Positions 24,672-41,612 of a stretch of DNA of 64,000 bases are shown in pieces. The translations under genes were made by a program, and so were the position numbers. Source of the stretch: Azolla caroliniana (taxonomy: Eukaryota > Plantae > Polypodiophyta); the NCBI GenBank assembly GCA_043228905.1, contig JBHGNT010000005.1:1426001-1490000 (forward strand), given 5' to 3'. Every line of letters begins with the position of its first letter. Position 1 is the first letter of the stretch. The notes beneath the pieces were generated by a model. It ran no database searches, was not told the origin of the DNA, and saw only the letters and a list, made by a program, of their open reading frames with translations.

Positions 24672-24757
24672 TCTCCAAAGTGATCCCTTTATATGAGCAT
24701 ATTTCAGTCCGGTGTGTACAATGTTATTATGTTCATATAAAGGGATCACTTTGGAGA
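24672..24757. repeat. 30-bp near-perfect inverted repeat with 26-nt loop (hairpin; MITE remnant or small-RNA precursor)
   Basis: TCTCCAAAGTGATCCCTTTATATGAGCATA (24672-24701) pairs with 24728-24757, with a single G:T. Confidence 0.8.
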
Positions 24758-26819
24758 GAGGCTTAAGTTTTAAGTCTAGGGAGATATATTAAAAACAAGG
24801 AGGAACCTTTGTAGCATGTTTATACTTTGACCTGTATCGTTTTTCGTTATTTCACCAAGTCACAACTATTTCCCTTTCACAAATTGGAGGGTATGAAAGT
24901 TTAGAGATACTGCCTTTATATCTCATTGCGATGATAAATTCTTTTTCTATTGCCCTACTTCTATAAGGAGTCTTTAATATATACTTCCACTATAAAATTC
25001 GTAGTGAGATGTCCAATGGACAACACATTTTTGCATGTTGATGTGAATGCTAGGAAATATGTGTGACTTGTCTATTTGTGTGGATTTCCTTTAATGTCAA
25101 TATTCTTCATTGTCATGTGACCAATTCTCCATCCACCTTCTGGTTTTTCTTCATAAGTTCGTGCACAAGATAGGGAGCTAAACTTGTTATCTATATATCT
25201 ATTGCTCCAAGCTAGCACACCATTCAACTCTTCTTTTGTTTCCTCCGGTGCTTCCTATATATGAAGAATCTTGATTTGCACATGGGAAATTCTCAATCCA
25301 CCTTCCCTCTTTTCCTAATAAGTTCATGCAAAAATCCCATATGTTCCTTGGGTGTGTGTTAATGTTATGTTAGATATAACTTGTTCCTACCTAACTTCTT
25401 TAGTGGTTTTAGGTTCTACCCTTGATGAGCATCAAATTGCATTTGATGTCCCCCTTTGCGCATCAAGATGAGCATAACATCATTGAGATAGAGCAATATA
25501 GAAATCATTACCTAGATTAACTTAATCAACCTTTCCTCCTCCGTCTTCATTATACATTGAGAACTCGTATAGTCAAGTTCGGCGAGAAACAAAGGGCAGC
25601 TTGCTTCACTCTAATGCCCATTGTTTAAAGTAGTCTCATCTTCTCTTTGAAGTAGTCTCATATCAAGTACATATTGTTCACAACATATGCTCTTCTATCG
25701 TGGTTGCATGCTGTGACTTTGTTAATATCAAATGCTTTGGTAAAAGTTTACATTTAAATTATACTATATTTCTTTCATGCATGAACTTCCATTACAGGTG
25801 TTCTTGGTGCAAAGATGTTATATCATGGTGGTGGTGTCTTTTAAAATCCATGTTATATTGGGCAAAGATATTATATCATGCATGAACTTCCATTATAGGT
25901 TTTCTTGGTGCAAAGATATTATATCATGTTGGTCCCTTTCATATTCACTCAAACATGCCCCAATGTGTATATATCTATATTCTGAATGAATCAGTCAGAC
26001 CATGTTAGTTTTATGGTTACGAGAAACACTCTTATTTGGTTACAAAGACAACGTATCAATCTTCTTCTAATTCGTTGGACATCACCTAGTAGTGAATTCT
26101 TCAACTCTTCCCGAGGTAATATCTTTAGGTAAGCCCACTTGCCTCTCATGTACTCTATCTTGGCTTAAATAAGTTACGAGGCAAATTTCCATGGCATATC
26201 ATGAGAGGGGTACAATTGTCCAAAATATATTTTTTCAAAACCCGTAAAAGTAGATTTGATAGAAAACCTGGAACTTTTTGCCACTTCCATATGCTTAAAT
26301 TAGTTTTCTAACTCAATTTACCTTTTAAATAGACAATCTACATACATCAGAAAAATTTGGGGGCTCATTCTCAATTTTGAAACTTCATGAATGCAATGTT
26401 TCATGGAAACTCCTTGCCAAACTCCAATTTTGACGCGTCATGATCGAGTATAAATTTTTATATGACTGCTTAATTTTGAAGCTTCATAATTGAATGCAAG
26501 GTCTCATATCAATGTTTACATTGGGGTTTGAATTTAAAGGCTCGGCAAACATTGTCTATCTCTATATATTAGTACAAGTTCTTCAAAGTTCAAACTTTCA
26601 ACGGTAGCTTCATTCTTTTCATTAACTTTTTATTAACGTTACAAAAATTGAAATATTCTAACTGAAGTGACATTATATAATTGCATTTTATCAAGTTTCA
26701 AAGTATACAATGTGAATGTGCATAGCCTTTGAGGGATCCCCTTTGCATGCAATGATGCAACATAACTCAAAGACAATTAAATGTGCATATATTCCATATC
26801 CACTATATATTCTCTTTCT

Positions 26820-27239
26820 TGCATTGTGCCTGAATGACATTTCTCTTTCTCGTAGTGGTATGTCATAAGCCACATTTTGGTTTAGATCTATGCCTACATT
26901 TACAACTCAGTAATCATTAACTTATTACGCAACCATTGTAAGGTAAGGACTACCAAGTTTGATAGTTTTGTTTCATGCAACACGTGTAATGTAATTTGTG
27001 AAGTGTGAGCCTCCAAAACTCTCACAAGTTGCATTGTGCCTCTATGACATTTCTCTTTCTTGTAGTGGCAATTAATAAGCCACATTTTGATTGAAATCTA
27101 TGCATGGATTCACGTCTTAGTAACCCTTACTATATTATGCAATCATTGTAAGGTGGGGTTACCAACTTTGATAGTTTAATTTCGTGCAAACATATGTAAT
27201 GTAATTTGTGAATGAGAATCCCCAAATCTCTCACAAGTT
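26820..27239. repeat. Two diverged tandem copies of a 210-bp unit
   Basis: GCATTGTGCC at 26821 and 27031, with colinear similarity (AAGCCACATTTTG, CATTGTAAGGT, TGTAATGTAATTTGTGAA, CTCTCACAAGTT). Confidence 0.75.
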
Positions 27240-29315
27240 ATGAAACATTTAATGTGGAGATTGAGAGAGAGAGAGAGAGAGAGAGAGTAGCCATAGAGAT
27301 TCTCTTCGTAGGATGAGTAGAGTCACTCACTCGTAATACATTCCTTTCCCCACCATCACATTCATATGACTTAACTTACATCCTTTCGATGTGAGACACC
27401 AATGATGGACCACCAATGAGGAGACTTTCAAAGACGATAGTTAGGTTGGGTGAACCTCAAAGGGTTTAGATTTGATGGGAAGATTCAAGATTTCGTAACC
27501 TCATATATGTTTCGTGATGCTCAATTACTCTTTTACTTTTATTCAAAACGTTGAATGTTTACAATTGTAGATTTTAGATGCTTTTGTTTGTTAATAAAAA
27601 ATTAACAATGGGTTGATCTATGATCATAGATGATTAAATTTCATTTTGATAAAATTGAAGAGTTTTGTGAAGTTTGAGGATATTTGGGTTCGATGGCACT
27701 TGCCAATTATGCAATTGATTATGTTTGGTGAGGGAAACTTACCAATCCATGTGTTTGGAAACTGGATTAATGTTTTGTAAAAGTATAGCAAGTCATTAAA
27801 GCAACTTCGAAAAAGTAGATTTAAGCCCAATCAATATGAGTAAAGCTAACCATAAACTAAACCTAAATGAACCAATATCATTTGTATCACAATTAAATAA
27901 AGACAATATGATCACTTACATTGCAAGTATTCTATTGTTATGGAAAACTGAAATTGTGAAGAGTTTTTTTTATCTAAACTTAACATCGAGCCCAATGCTC
28001 TACTTCAATGTTGAACCCCCAACCACAACAATAAAGTCACAAGCTTTACCATTACTTGACTTGTTTATATAAAGTTGGGTTTTTGCATATTAATGTACCT
28101 TTGGACTTTATCATTGTGTGCACAAAAGAAAACTAGTGAACTATGAATTTAATACCAACTTGTGCATCCAAATGCCACTTGGAAGCAACTAGCTATATGG
28201 GTATTCACCCAAACTACCTTTCCACCATCACACAAGATTCAAGGAAATTGGTGCAAAACTGTGAGTAGGCGCATAGCTTGCATAATTACATAAAACTCGC
28301 ATAAACAACTATGGACATGCACACCGTTGAAGTATATTTGCAACATCCATTCTCCGAAAAAATATATGAAAGCGTCATTATGCAAGAACTTGTTTCAAGT
28401 TAAGCAAGTGACTTTTGGTGAATGATAACGGTGTGTGATAAAATGCACTATCTCATGTGACAAGGGCATGCGATAAAAGGACATTCTTGAGTATCATTAT
28501 GATTTCATGCTCTTATTATGTCTCATCAACCCTATTTGTTTGTAGTTGTGGGCGAGATTAACGCACCAATAATGAGATCTACCACTGATCACAATGTGAA
28601 AGATATGTATGAGAAAAGCAGTAATGCGTACCAAATTCTTCCTAATTACCACTAATTAAGAAACTGAGTTGTTTTCATATGATTGTGATGTTATCATCAT
28701 TTTGTGTGATACCCCTTAATTGACCATTTGAATACACTTGCAGAGATATTAAAAACATCAAACTAGTAAACTCTTGGTCACAAACATTTTTTCCTCTAGG
28801 ATTGATAAAGGTACTCATATATTTTCACTTTGCAATCAACTTAATAGAATAATGTTCACATGTGGATGCCACTTGCTCACATACATGGTGAATTCGCTTC
28901 TAACTTCTAACTTTCTAAACCCTAAGACTCATCTATCACTTGGTACACATGCATATTTCAAATGTATAAATAGAAGTCTATTTGAAGGGCTAGGAACTTC
29001 TACTCAAGTTATATGAAAGACCTTAATGTAAGTTTAAAATTTCTCATAATATACTCTCATCAAAGAGTTACATGGGACAACACACCGATGGGGGAAGCAA
29101 TAGTAGGTACCATACAACAAATATTTTATTTCACGTAAAAACTATCAAAATCGACCAATATTTTATTTCACGCAATTGGTCCATGGTTCTTTCAAACAAA
29201 AGCTAAAAACCTTTGTTGAATAAATATAACATTAAACACCTGCATAATGTATTGTAGCTACTAGTACTATGAACATCAAGGACAAAACAATGCAATGCAT
29301 GATCATATTCAAAAG

Positions 29316-29918
29316 TAGGAAATGGGAACAATTTGGTTTAGGTTTAACCTGTTTGGCCTTATCCAAGCCAAACCGGTTAGGCCTAAACTGTTTGGGGTTC
29401 TCAAAACCTGAACTGAAACGAAATGATCCCTAAACCAGTTTAGGCTAAACCGGGTTGTGAAGTGGTTTGGGACAAAAAAAATGAAGAAACCCAAAAAACA
29501 CCGCTACCGCTACCACTTCCTCGTACTCTTCTCCTCCTCATAATTCCCATCCCCTCGGCCTTACCATCAATGAGTCCAAATTCAACTCCAAGTCTCACCT
29601 CCACGACCCCCTCTTTGTAGACTACTATGATTTGTGGGCTAACATCCACGAATCCCCTCTCATGCTCCCTCTCCCTCTCTTGTCACACTCAACAGTTTGT
29701 TGTCTATGGTTTCCTGTCTCTCTGTCAACTTTCAAGTTCTAAGTTCTAAGTTCTAAGTTTCTAACCCTAATTCTTAAATAACATAAACAGGTTGGCAAGG
29801 CTCAAGCCAAGCCGAGCCGAGCTCAAATTGTTTAGGTAGGTTCAAGCCTAAACCGAGCCGAGCCGGTAAGCCGTTTAAAACCGGTTTACGCTTGAGCCAA
29901 GCTATTGCCGATCCCAAG
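29316..29918. mobile_element. Degenerate non-autonomous DNA transposon, hAT-like
   Basis: Both ends are packed with AAACCG(G)/GAGCCGAGC subterminal motifs. The right end reads TTGGGATCGGCAA on the minus strand, resembling TAGGGATG-type TIRs. The left TIR is decayed and no TSD is seen. Confidence 0.4.
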
Positions 29919-30574
29919 AAAAAAAAAACAAAAAGTACAAAGGAGAGCAAAATACAATCATAACAAAGTTCTTCAAGGTCCTTAACAATGTACTGCCAGA
30001 AAGATTTATAAAAATGATCCATGAGAATGGTTTGAAAAGGAGTTATTTAGAACTCATGCATGAAATAAACGGAATATTTGGCAATAGATGATTAGGTAGA
30101 CACTATTTTTCTCAAATGTCTTCTACTCACTTGTGACTAGACTCTCTTTCTACCAATCCTTTCCAAGGGACCACATGTGTTCCTTGCGTGTGCACCACAT
30201 ACTTCACAACATCTTCATGGTGAATTTGTGTAGGAAGAGGATGATATACACTATGACAAGGATACGACACACAACATAAAGAATGTGGCTTACAACAATT
30301 ACATTTGTAATTGCAATGCTTGTGAGATCCCAAAAGTGGTTCAAGAGTTTTGTGATGAGGAATGCATATTTTGATGGAGAAATATATCAAAGGGCATTTA
30401 TTTTTGTGCAAGTACAGTTAGCTTGGGTGGAAGAGTTATGAATGTTCACCAACAATAACTCATTTGTGGACAAATATGGATGCTCAAAAGTTCTGATTTC
30501 TTATGGATAGACCATGAGTAGTACTAGCAGTAACACAACATCACCCTCTTTGGTGACCATACAAGAAATCATGG

Positions 30575-30736
30575 AAATGTCATAGGGTTATCATATTGAC
30601 AAAATCAATGGAAGTGGAATTTTGGCTCAACTACGTTCAACTAGTTTTGAGTCTCAAATGTCATAGGGTCATCATATTGACAAAATCAACGAAAGTGGAA
30701 TTTTTGCTCTACTAGGTTCAACTTGTTTTGTGTCTC
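30575..30736. repeat. Two tandem copies of an 81-bp unit
   Basis: AAATGTCATAGGGTYATCATATTGACAAAATCAA...GTCTC starts at 30575 and 30656. Confidence 0.8.
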
Positions 30737-32076
30737 ACTAGAGGGAACATTAAGGGATCACGAGTATGGAGGGAAAATGAAAAGAAGAGGGAAAGGATAA
30801 TGAAGGCTTCTCCATGTTTACAGATGTTGACATACTCTTCCATTATGTTTCATCATTTTGCAAACTACATTTAGTCCAAGAATTCCCTGAATAGCATGTG
30901 CATTTTAATTTGTCAAAGTACGTTTGAATTCCCGTTGGGGTTTTTGAACATTAAAACTACGATGAATTCATTTCAGCATCGTTATTAAAAGTAGACTTCT
31001 GAAATATAATTGCATCTCCATTGAGTATACTGCAATATGTATGTAATCCCCAGATCAACCTAGAAGATAACTAACAAATACCAAGATAATGAGTACCATG
31101 CAACTTCACTCCTACACTTGAACTCAATTTCAGCAATTTTTGCATGAAACAACTAGGGAGAATCCATATGGTATAGTATCAAGAGGATAAATGATAGAAT
31201 ATGATACTTTAAGCTTGCGATCTATCATGATTACTAAACCACAACAAAAGATAAGTCTTCAATCTCTACGAAAAAAAAAAGTGAGAAGAGCAAAAAATGC
31301 CCTAGTTTTTCATGATTACATTGAAAAATGTGACAGTGAGAAGAGCAAAAAATGTGTACAATAGTTTGTACCTAATTATCTTCCAGATCATCAAGTTCAA
31401 TGAAAATATCACCCTGGGAAGTTAAATAATCCTGGTGTCTAGCAAATGTCTTTGCATAGTTAATGCATTATATCATGGCCAATAATACCCAAAACTTTCC
31501 AAGGTTTCTGAATGCATTAAATATAATAGCAAGAACCAACACAGAATTAGATCACATCCTGGTAAGAGATTCTACAAGAGAGTATTGTCACCCCCATCTC
31601 CATGGTTGAAGCCCAAAGTTCTTTACCATTATCCATAAAAGCTATTTACAAACAACACAAACATTAGCCATGATTTAAGGTGAATTAGGAATCATTCTGT
31701 AAGCTATTTCTTTGCATACAAAATAATGACAGGTTCCTAAAATGCCACTAAACTGGACATTACACCATATTACAAATATGCTTCCGACGCTCAACAAGAG
31801 AACATTCTCATATAGAACACGGAACACAACTTTGAGGATATAGAACCCTTGCAGCTCCATCAAAGAGCATCAACAACCCATAACTAGTTTTATACAAAAG
31901 ATAGTTGTGAGTTTAAAAACGGCAAGAACTAGATATATCACATTGTATATATGGCTACAAACTGCATAGATCATAGTATGAGCATAAAATAGTAAGAACT
32001 TCAACATTCATGTTTTTGTATTCAGACCTAACATAAGTAGAACCAATGCACTATTTCACATCTGGAAGCGGTGCTT

Positions 32077-34038
32077 TCATCGAGGATTGTCGAACAAGTC
32101 AATCACACAATTTTCCAAATCATCTGGGGAATATTTCAGGTACTTCTCGGGCTGTCTTCCTGTTTCTAAGAAATTCCCAAAACGCCCGATGAAGGAACGA
32201 TAATCAGGAATAAGCCTCTCAGCGATGGCAATTCTCAACTCTTCTCTAAGTTGTGGGTCAGGCACAACTGCACTACTCTGAGCCCCACAAACTTCTTCAA
32301 AAGTTAGGTTAAAATTCTTGAGCCTATCTTTGATGGCAAACCTTGAAATACCACTGGCCAACCTTCCATTGGATGTTATCCCATCATCCCTCAAATACGA
32401 GAACACTTTTTGCCAGCCAGTTCTCACATAATTCTCCGCATAAACACGGACTTGGGCCGAATGCTTCCGAAGCCAACCATCCCTGAGTAGAGCAGCTAAT
32501 TCTGATTGTTTCACCTTCTGCACAATGTAATGCACATTGTTCATGAGAAACAAGAAAGGCATGGCATTATCCAAATAAAGTTTTGACTTCCCTTCGAGGT
32601 TTCTTTCCAAATGTACAATAAGCCACATAATTTGTACAGCCAAAGGTGATAAGTTCTCTGATTCATTCCTAGTGTTTTCCACTAGGCCCTCTGAGAGACC
32701 GAATGTTTCCACACCCAAGGACCTCGGCACTTCTCTTCTTCGACCTCTAAGAAGTTGATCTAAGGACACTGTGTATTCAATTAAAAACTTGATATAGTTC
32801 ATGACATACCGAGTGAGGGGATGAAAGGCACCACCTGGCACAGGGGTCTTGGCAGCATCCTTTTGGATTGCTATTTCAAACTCATGTAAGATTCCACGGG
32901 CAGCTTCTCCTAGATTACCAAGAACTTCCTTTATCTCTGATCGGACCCCTTCACTGCGGAAAAATGTACTTATATCAGGAAGCAATTCCTTGAGCACCTC
33001 ATACATATCTAAAACTCTGAATAGCTTTTCTGGCGCCCTCCGTGTTGTCGCCACCACCTTCCCGAACAACAGGAATTGCATAAAGGAACCTGAAGCAAGC
33101 TCTTCGAAAGACGCTTCTCCCTCACCACTCAAACCACCAAAGACCATATCGCATAATCTCTTCTCCGCGGCAAAAATCACTTTAACACCCACTTTCAAGG
33201 CTTGTATCCATTTCCTTATCTTCACTTCCAGAACCTCCCAACTCATTCTCTGGACAAGCTCTGGGTTTGAACGCTCAAGCCCGAGCCTATATAAGCTTTG
33301 TTCTAAGATAGTTTTCCTCACATTCACATACACTTTGCTACATTGTTGAACTACGCCGATCCTTGCCATGCATTGGAGTATCGTATTCAAATCTTTCACT
33401 CTCTCTGGTGGAACCGGATCGAATGATGCATTGAACTCGCTAACCGGATGTGCAACTGGAATATCATCATCATCATCATCATCATCTTCGTTCTCATCAT
33501 CGGAAGAAGAAGAATCAACGATTCCAAATCGTTTTTCTTCTTGATTTCCACGGTGGGTGTAATACATAAGCCAATCAGCATCAACACTCTCACTGTTCAT
33601 AACAAGCATGCATCGGAATTCTTCCTTAAGCCGAGGGGCAGCAATTTCAAGGGCGTGTTGAGCTCGTGCCATCAACTCTTTATTGGCCCATGGATTCCGC
33701 ATCAATGAATACAATTCATCTACAATTTTTACATACGCATCAGCCTCTTGAGGATCACTCAATACATCCCATATCATCATACCATTTTGCAATACATTAT
33801 TCTCCCATCTCATGATAATTTCTTCCGCTTTTCCGAGGGTTTCTTCCATTTTTTTCAATGCCAAGGATATGGAAGATTCATGATTCTCGATTTTAAACCC
33901 TGTCATGTTTGAGAAACGGTCGTCGAAAGTGGACAAGATTCTGATCATATCTTCGGTTAATTGCTCGTTCTTCCCGAGTGTCCGCACTATGTGCTGGGCA
34001 GTCGCGAGAACCCGCTGGTCACCATCATTCTTTGCCAT
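32077..34038 (-). CDS. EXO70: Exocyst subunit Exo70 family protein (B/F-like), single exon, 653 aa
   Basis: N-terminal DQRVLATAQHIVRTLG, PEKLFRVLDMY, VPGGAFHPLTRYVMNY, FLMNNVHYIVQKVK, VPDPQLREELR and KYSPDDLEN motifs. Confidence 0.95.
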   Translation of the reverse strand: MAKNDGDQRVLATAQHIVRTLGKNEQLTEDMIRILSTFDDRFSNMTGFKIENHESSISLALKKMEETLGKAEEIIMRWENNVLQNGMMIWDVLSDPQEADAYVKIVDELYSLMRNPWANKELMARAQHALEIAAPRLKEEFRCMLVMNSESVDADWLMYYTHRGNQEEKRFGIVDSSSSDDENEDDDDDDDDIPVAHPVSEFNASFDPVPPERVKDLNTILQCMARIGVVQQCSKVYVNVRKTILEQSLYRLGLERSNPELVQRMSWEVLEVKIRKWIQALKVGVKVIFAAEKRLCDMVFGGLSGEGEASFEELASGSFMQFLLFGKVVATTRRAPEKLFRVLDMYEVLKELLPDISTFFRSEGVRSEIKEVLGNLGEAARGILHEFEIAIQKDAAKTPVPGGAFHPLTRYVMNYIKFLIEYTVSLDQLLRGRRREVPRSLGVETFGLSEGLVENTRNESENLSPLAVQIMWLIVHLERNLEGKSKLYLDNAMPFLFLMNNVHYIVQKVKQSELAALLRDGWLRKHSAQVRVYAENYVRTGWQKVFSYLRDDGITSNGRLASGISRFAIKDRLKNFNLTFEEVCGAQSSAVVPDPQLREELRIAIAERLIPDYRSFIGRFGNFLETGRQPEKYLKYSPDDLENCVIDLFDNPR

Positions 34039-37000
34039 AGAAATAAATACGACAAACTCATGAACGATGAAAGACTCAATAAATACTAGTACCTTTGGAT
34101 TGGATCTGAGCAGAGATGAAAACAGGGTCGATCTGGAACAGGGGAGGGGGGAAGAGAAGGGTTCATCTGAGCAGGCCTTGAAACAGACACAAAAGCTTCA
34201 TAATCAATGAGGCAATGAGGCAATGAGGAATGCGCTCTGATTGATCTGAGTGTAGGATGTGTGTATGTATGTATGTAACCTTGTGGGGCAGCTCGAAACC
34301 CTAGAAACAGAGACAGAGACAGAGACAGGAAGAGCACTCTCACTCTCACTCTCACACACTGACTTCACTCACAGGTTACACATGATTTCACACTTACATT
34401 AAATGACATGAAGTATGTATGTATGTAACAATGAAGACATGCTACCACACAATTCACTTACATACATACTTCCTTAGCTTATTGTTACAACTTACTACTC
34501 AGGGGCAGCTTCTTCTTAGATATTAGGTTTGAGAAGCAAGCATTTTGGGTTGTGTCTCGGTTGCTAGGAGCAAGCAGAGCTCTCTTTTATCTGTTTCACG
34601 GAAGAACCCCGAAACACTGCCGAGTTTCTCTTTATCTCCCCCCTCACTTGCCTAACTGGCCAATTCTAGTTTAGGCAACAACCTCTGAAATACCCGTTTT
34701 CTCGGTAATTTCCCCAAATGCCCATACGATTCTTATATGTTTCCCATGCTGCATGCATTCTTCTTCTCTTTTTGGGGGATTGACCAAGGCACTTTGGGGA
34801 AATAATCGAATCTTTAATGTTATTTCAAAGCCTTTCCCTTCTTCTATCTCGTGGACATGCTCGATGGTTGCGTCATCTTTGAAGTGAACTCTCCACCGCC
34901 CCGCCCCATTCACTTCGTTTTTCTATGATAATTGGTTGTATAAATGTATGTTCTTCTATATAGAATTTAATGCTTCACATTATGAACCAACCCTATGTTT
35001 TTTGGATTTGAATATGTGTTGCTGCTAACCGATGATTATCACATGTCTTGTTTTTGGTTTCATTCCCTTATCCATCCAAAGCCGTTTTACTCTCAATATA
35101 AACGTAAACTTGACTATGATTCTAATGTTGCCATTTGTTTGTGTGAATACGTAGACGATGAAAATTGAACTACTTACATCTCTAGCTAAAACATTAATAC
35201 AAAAATGGCCTTTCAACAAGAGTAACATGTTAAAATTTGGGTTCTAGTGCTTGTTGTTACCACTACCATGTCTTTTGTTGTGTACGTTTGTTTAGCCACC
35301 GTTTAAACTTTGTCAGATCCTTTGTTGCAAGCATAAATTGTTCATTTTCTTTTAAGTTGAGTAGTTGCGAGCATATTATTCATTGTCATTCATTGAACTT
35401 ACGTGTTTTTAGTTGCAATCATAAATTGCTCATCATCATTCATTTATGCTAGATATGTTCAATATGGTCACATGAATGTGAATGGGTGAGATTGAACACT
35501 CTATTATCATATGACCGATTATTGATCCCTTCACTTATATCTCTAACAAACTTTTGGCAATGCATCTCTCTATCTACAATCGCTTTGCAATAGTTTTTTA
35601 TGACGGGCATGTCCTTTGAACCCACATTTGATTGATCCATCTCCATATTTTTGCACAAATTGTCATCACACTTATTGCATGAAGTTTGTGGATCATTTGT
35701 TCCATTGCGAAGTCATGATTAGGAAGTTGAAATTCTTTCCTTGTGCCTCGAGTCACCTTCTCTCTGTGATATATATATATATATATATATATATCATGCG
35801 ACGTCAAACATATATACATCTTCCACAATGTCAATCAAGGATGCCCATTTCATTCATTTAAAAAAATATACAAAGCTATGTTTTCAACATACTAGAAACT
35901 CTTTGAAGTATGGATCCTTGTAGAGGATTGAATTGAATTCCGGTAATATGTTATGCATCATAATCCTTACAATCAACTTTTCAGAAAATTTACGTGATAT
36001 TACAAAAAAAACACATGAATGTGGGTTATATATTATTCATATGTGGTCTAGTGAAATACATGTTCTCCTTGGTGTCTTTTTATTCTAGCTAAATTACGAG
36101 CCTTGTGATAATTCTATATTGAGCTATTGATGTTAATGTTAATTGTAAGTTGTTGCAACTAAAATACTCTACATAAAGTATATTTGGCCATTGATTTCTT
36201 AATTAACAAATGGCGCTTCTTTAATGCCTTGAATTTGAAGTCATGGACTACTAATAATAACCCAATTGTGAATAATAAATAACCATTACAAGGGAGATGC
36301 TTCTTATGAATAGGAAAAAGCTGACAATTTGAGCTTTGCTCGATGAAAACACGCACATCACCGATGTAAGACTAGTACTCAAGATGAGTTTTAGAGAAAA
36401 AACAAGCATGAACATGACAACCTATCCACTTGGTATTCTCGTTAAATAGATAATACCAGAAAAATGTGTACATATATTTATTTTTTGCTCCCAATTTAGA
36501 TCCCAAACTAACTATAAAGGTATGCCCATATGTTTTAAAAGAAGCATATCACATGGCCAAGTTATAAGCCATAAAACCCAGTCAAAATAGAAACATGTGT
36601 ATTGTTTTAAGCAATTAAATTTTAAATGTTATAATGTATCTATATATCCATTATAGAGAGTTTTATATCACCAAATATTCCTCCTCGGTGGATAGCATTT
36701 CAAGTATTGAGTACACCCCAAATATCAGCAAGCAATCAAAACTAATTTATTTGTTATTTAGTATGGATTTTGAAAACAGGCCAATGTTTATTGTAAGGCC
36801 ATGATGAAGATGATAACTCACTGTCTAAAAGGCTAAAAACATCACCTCTGGAACCGAAAAAGAATGTTACTAGTAATGTTTTCTTTTTCAAAGTAGATAA
36901 GGAACGAATTAATATAAATGGATATTGAAGCCTTTAGAAGGCTATGGAACCCAAAAAGAATGTTAAGAGACAATTTTCTTCGCAAGTGCAAATGCTGTAC

Positions 37001-37603
37001 ATACATGTGGCTCATGTGTTTCCTTATAATATGCTTAAGTGCAGAACACCCATATGTGCCTAAGGGGGCATAGATTGGTATACCAACTTGGAGAAACTTT
37101 GTGCTGTGAGGATTTTATCATCATTGATGGTACTAAAAAGCATTTGAAATGAAAAAATAGAAAACTGTTTTTTAGATTGTATTTTGCAATTAGTTCATCA
37201 GAATTCTTTCATTTTTCTCAAATGTAGCCTACGTTTTCTTTCCAATCAGATGTCACAGATTAGAAATTTAAAACTGACACTAGTTTTGTGGTTTCAAAAT
37301 TCTTATTATAAATATTTAGTTTTGAAAGGAAAAATATTCTTAAAAGAATTCATGCATTGCTACTAATTTATGCTGTTCACAGGAAAGTCTAAAATTCAGG
37401 TCATGTAAACTATTTGACATGTTTTTATGAGAATATACCCCTTTTTTCACATTGCACCTTAAAATGGTTGATAGGGTCTATGCAATTGGCAACAATGAAT
37501 GCAATGGGAGTGTAGCTCAGCTTTGTTTTTTTATTTCAACAAATTTCTGCAAAACAGAATTAATCAAACCAGCTAGCTACACATGCACACTTAATCACAC
37601 TCC

Positions 37604-41612
<4,009 letters not shown>

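Noticed and set aside
24674-24694. Resemblance of the hairpin arm to miR393
   Set aside because: Only the first 12 nt are similar; the 3' half does not match.
35240-35720. Possible transposase fragment
   Set aside because: No diagnostic motif in the frames examined.
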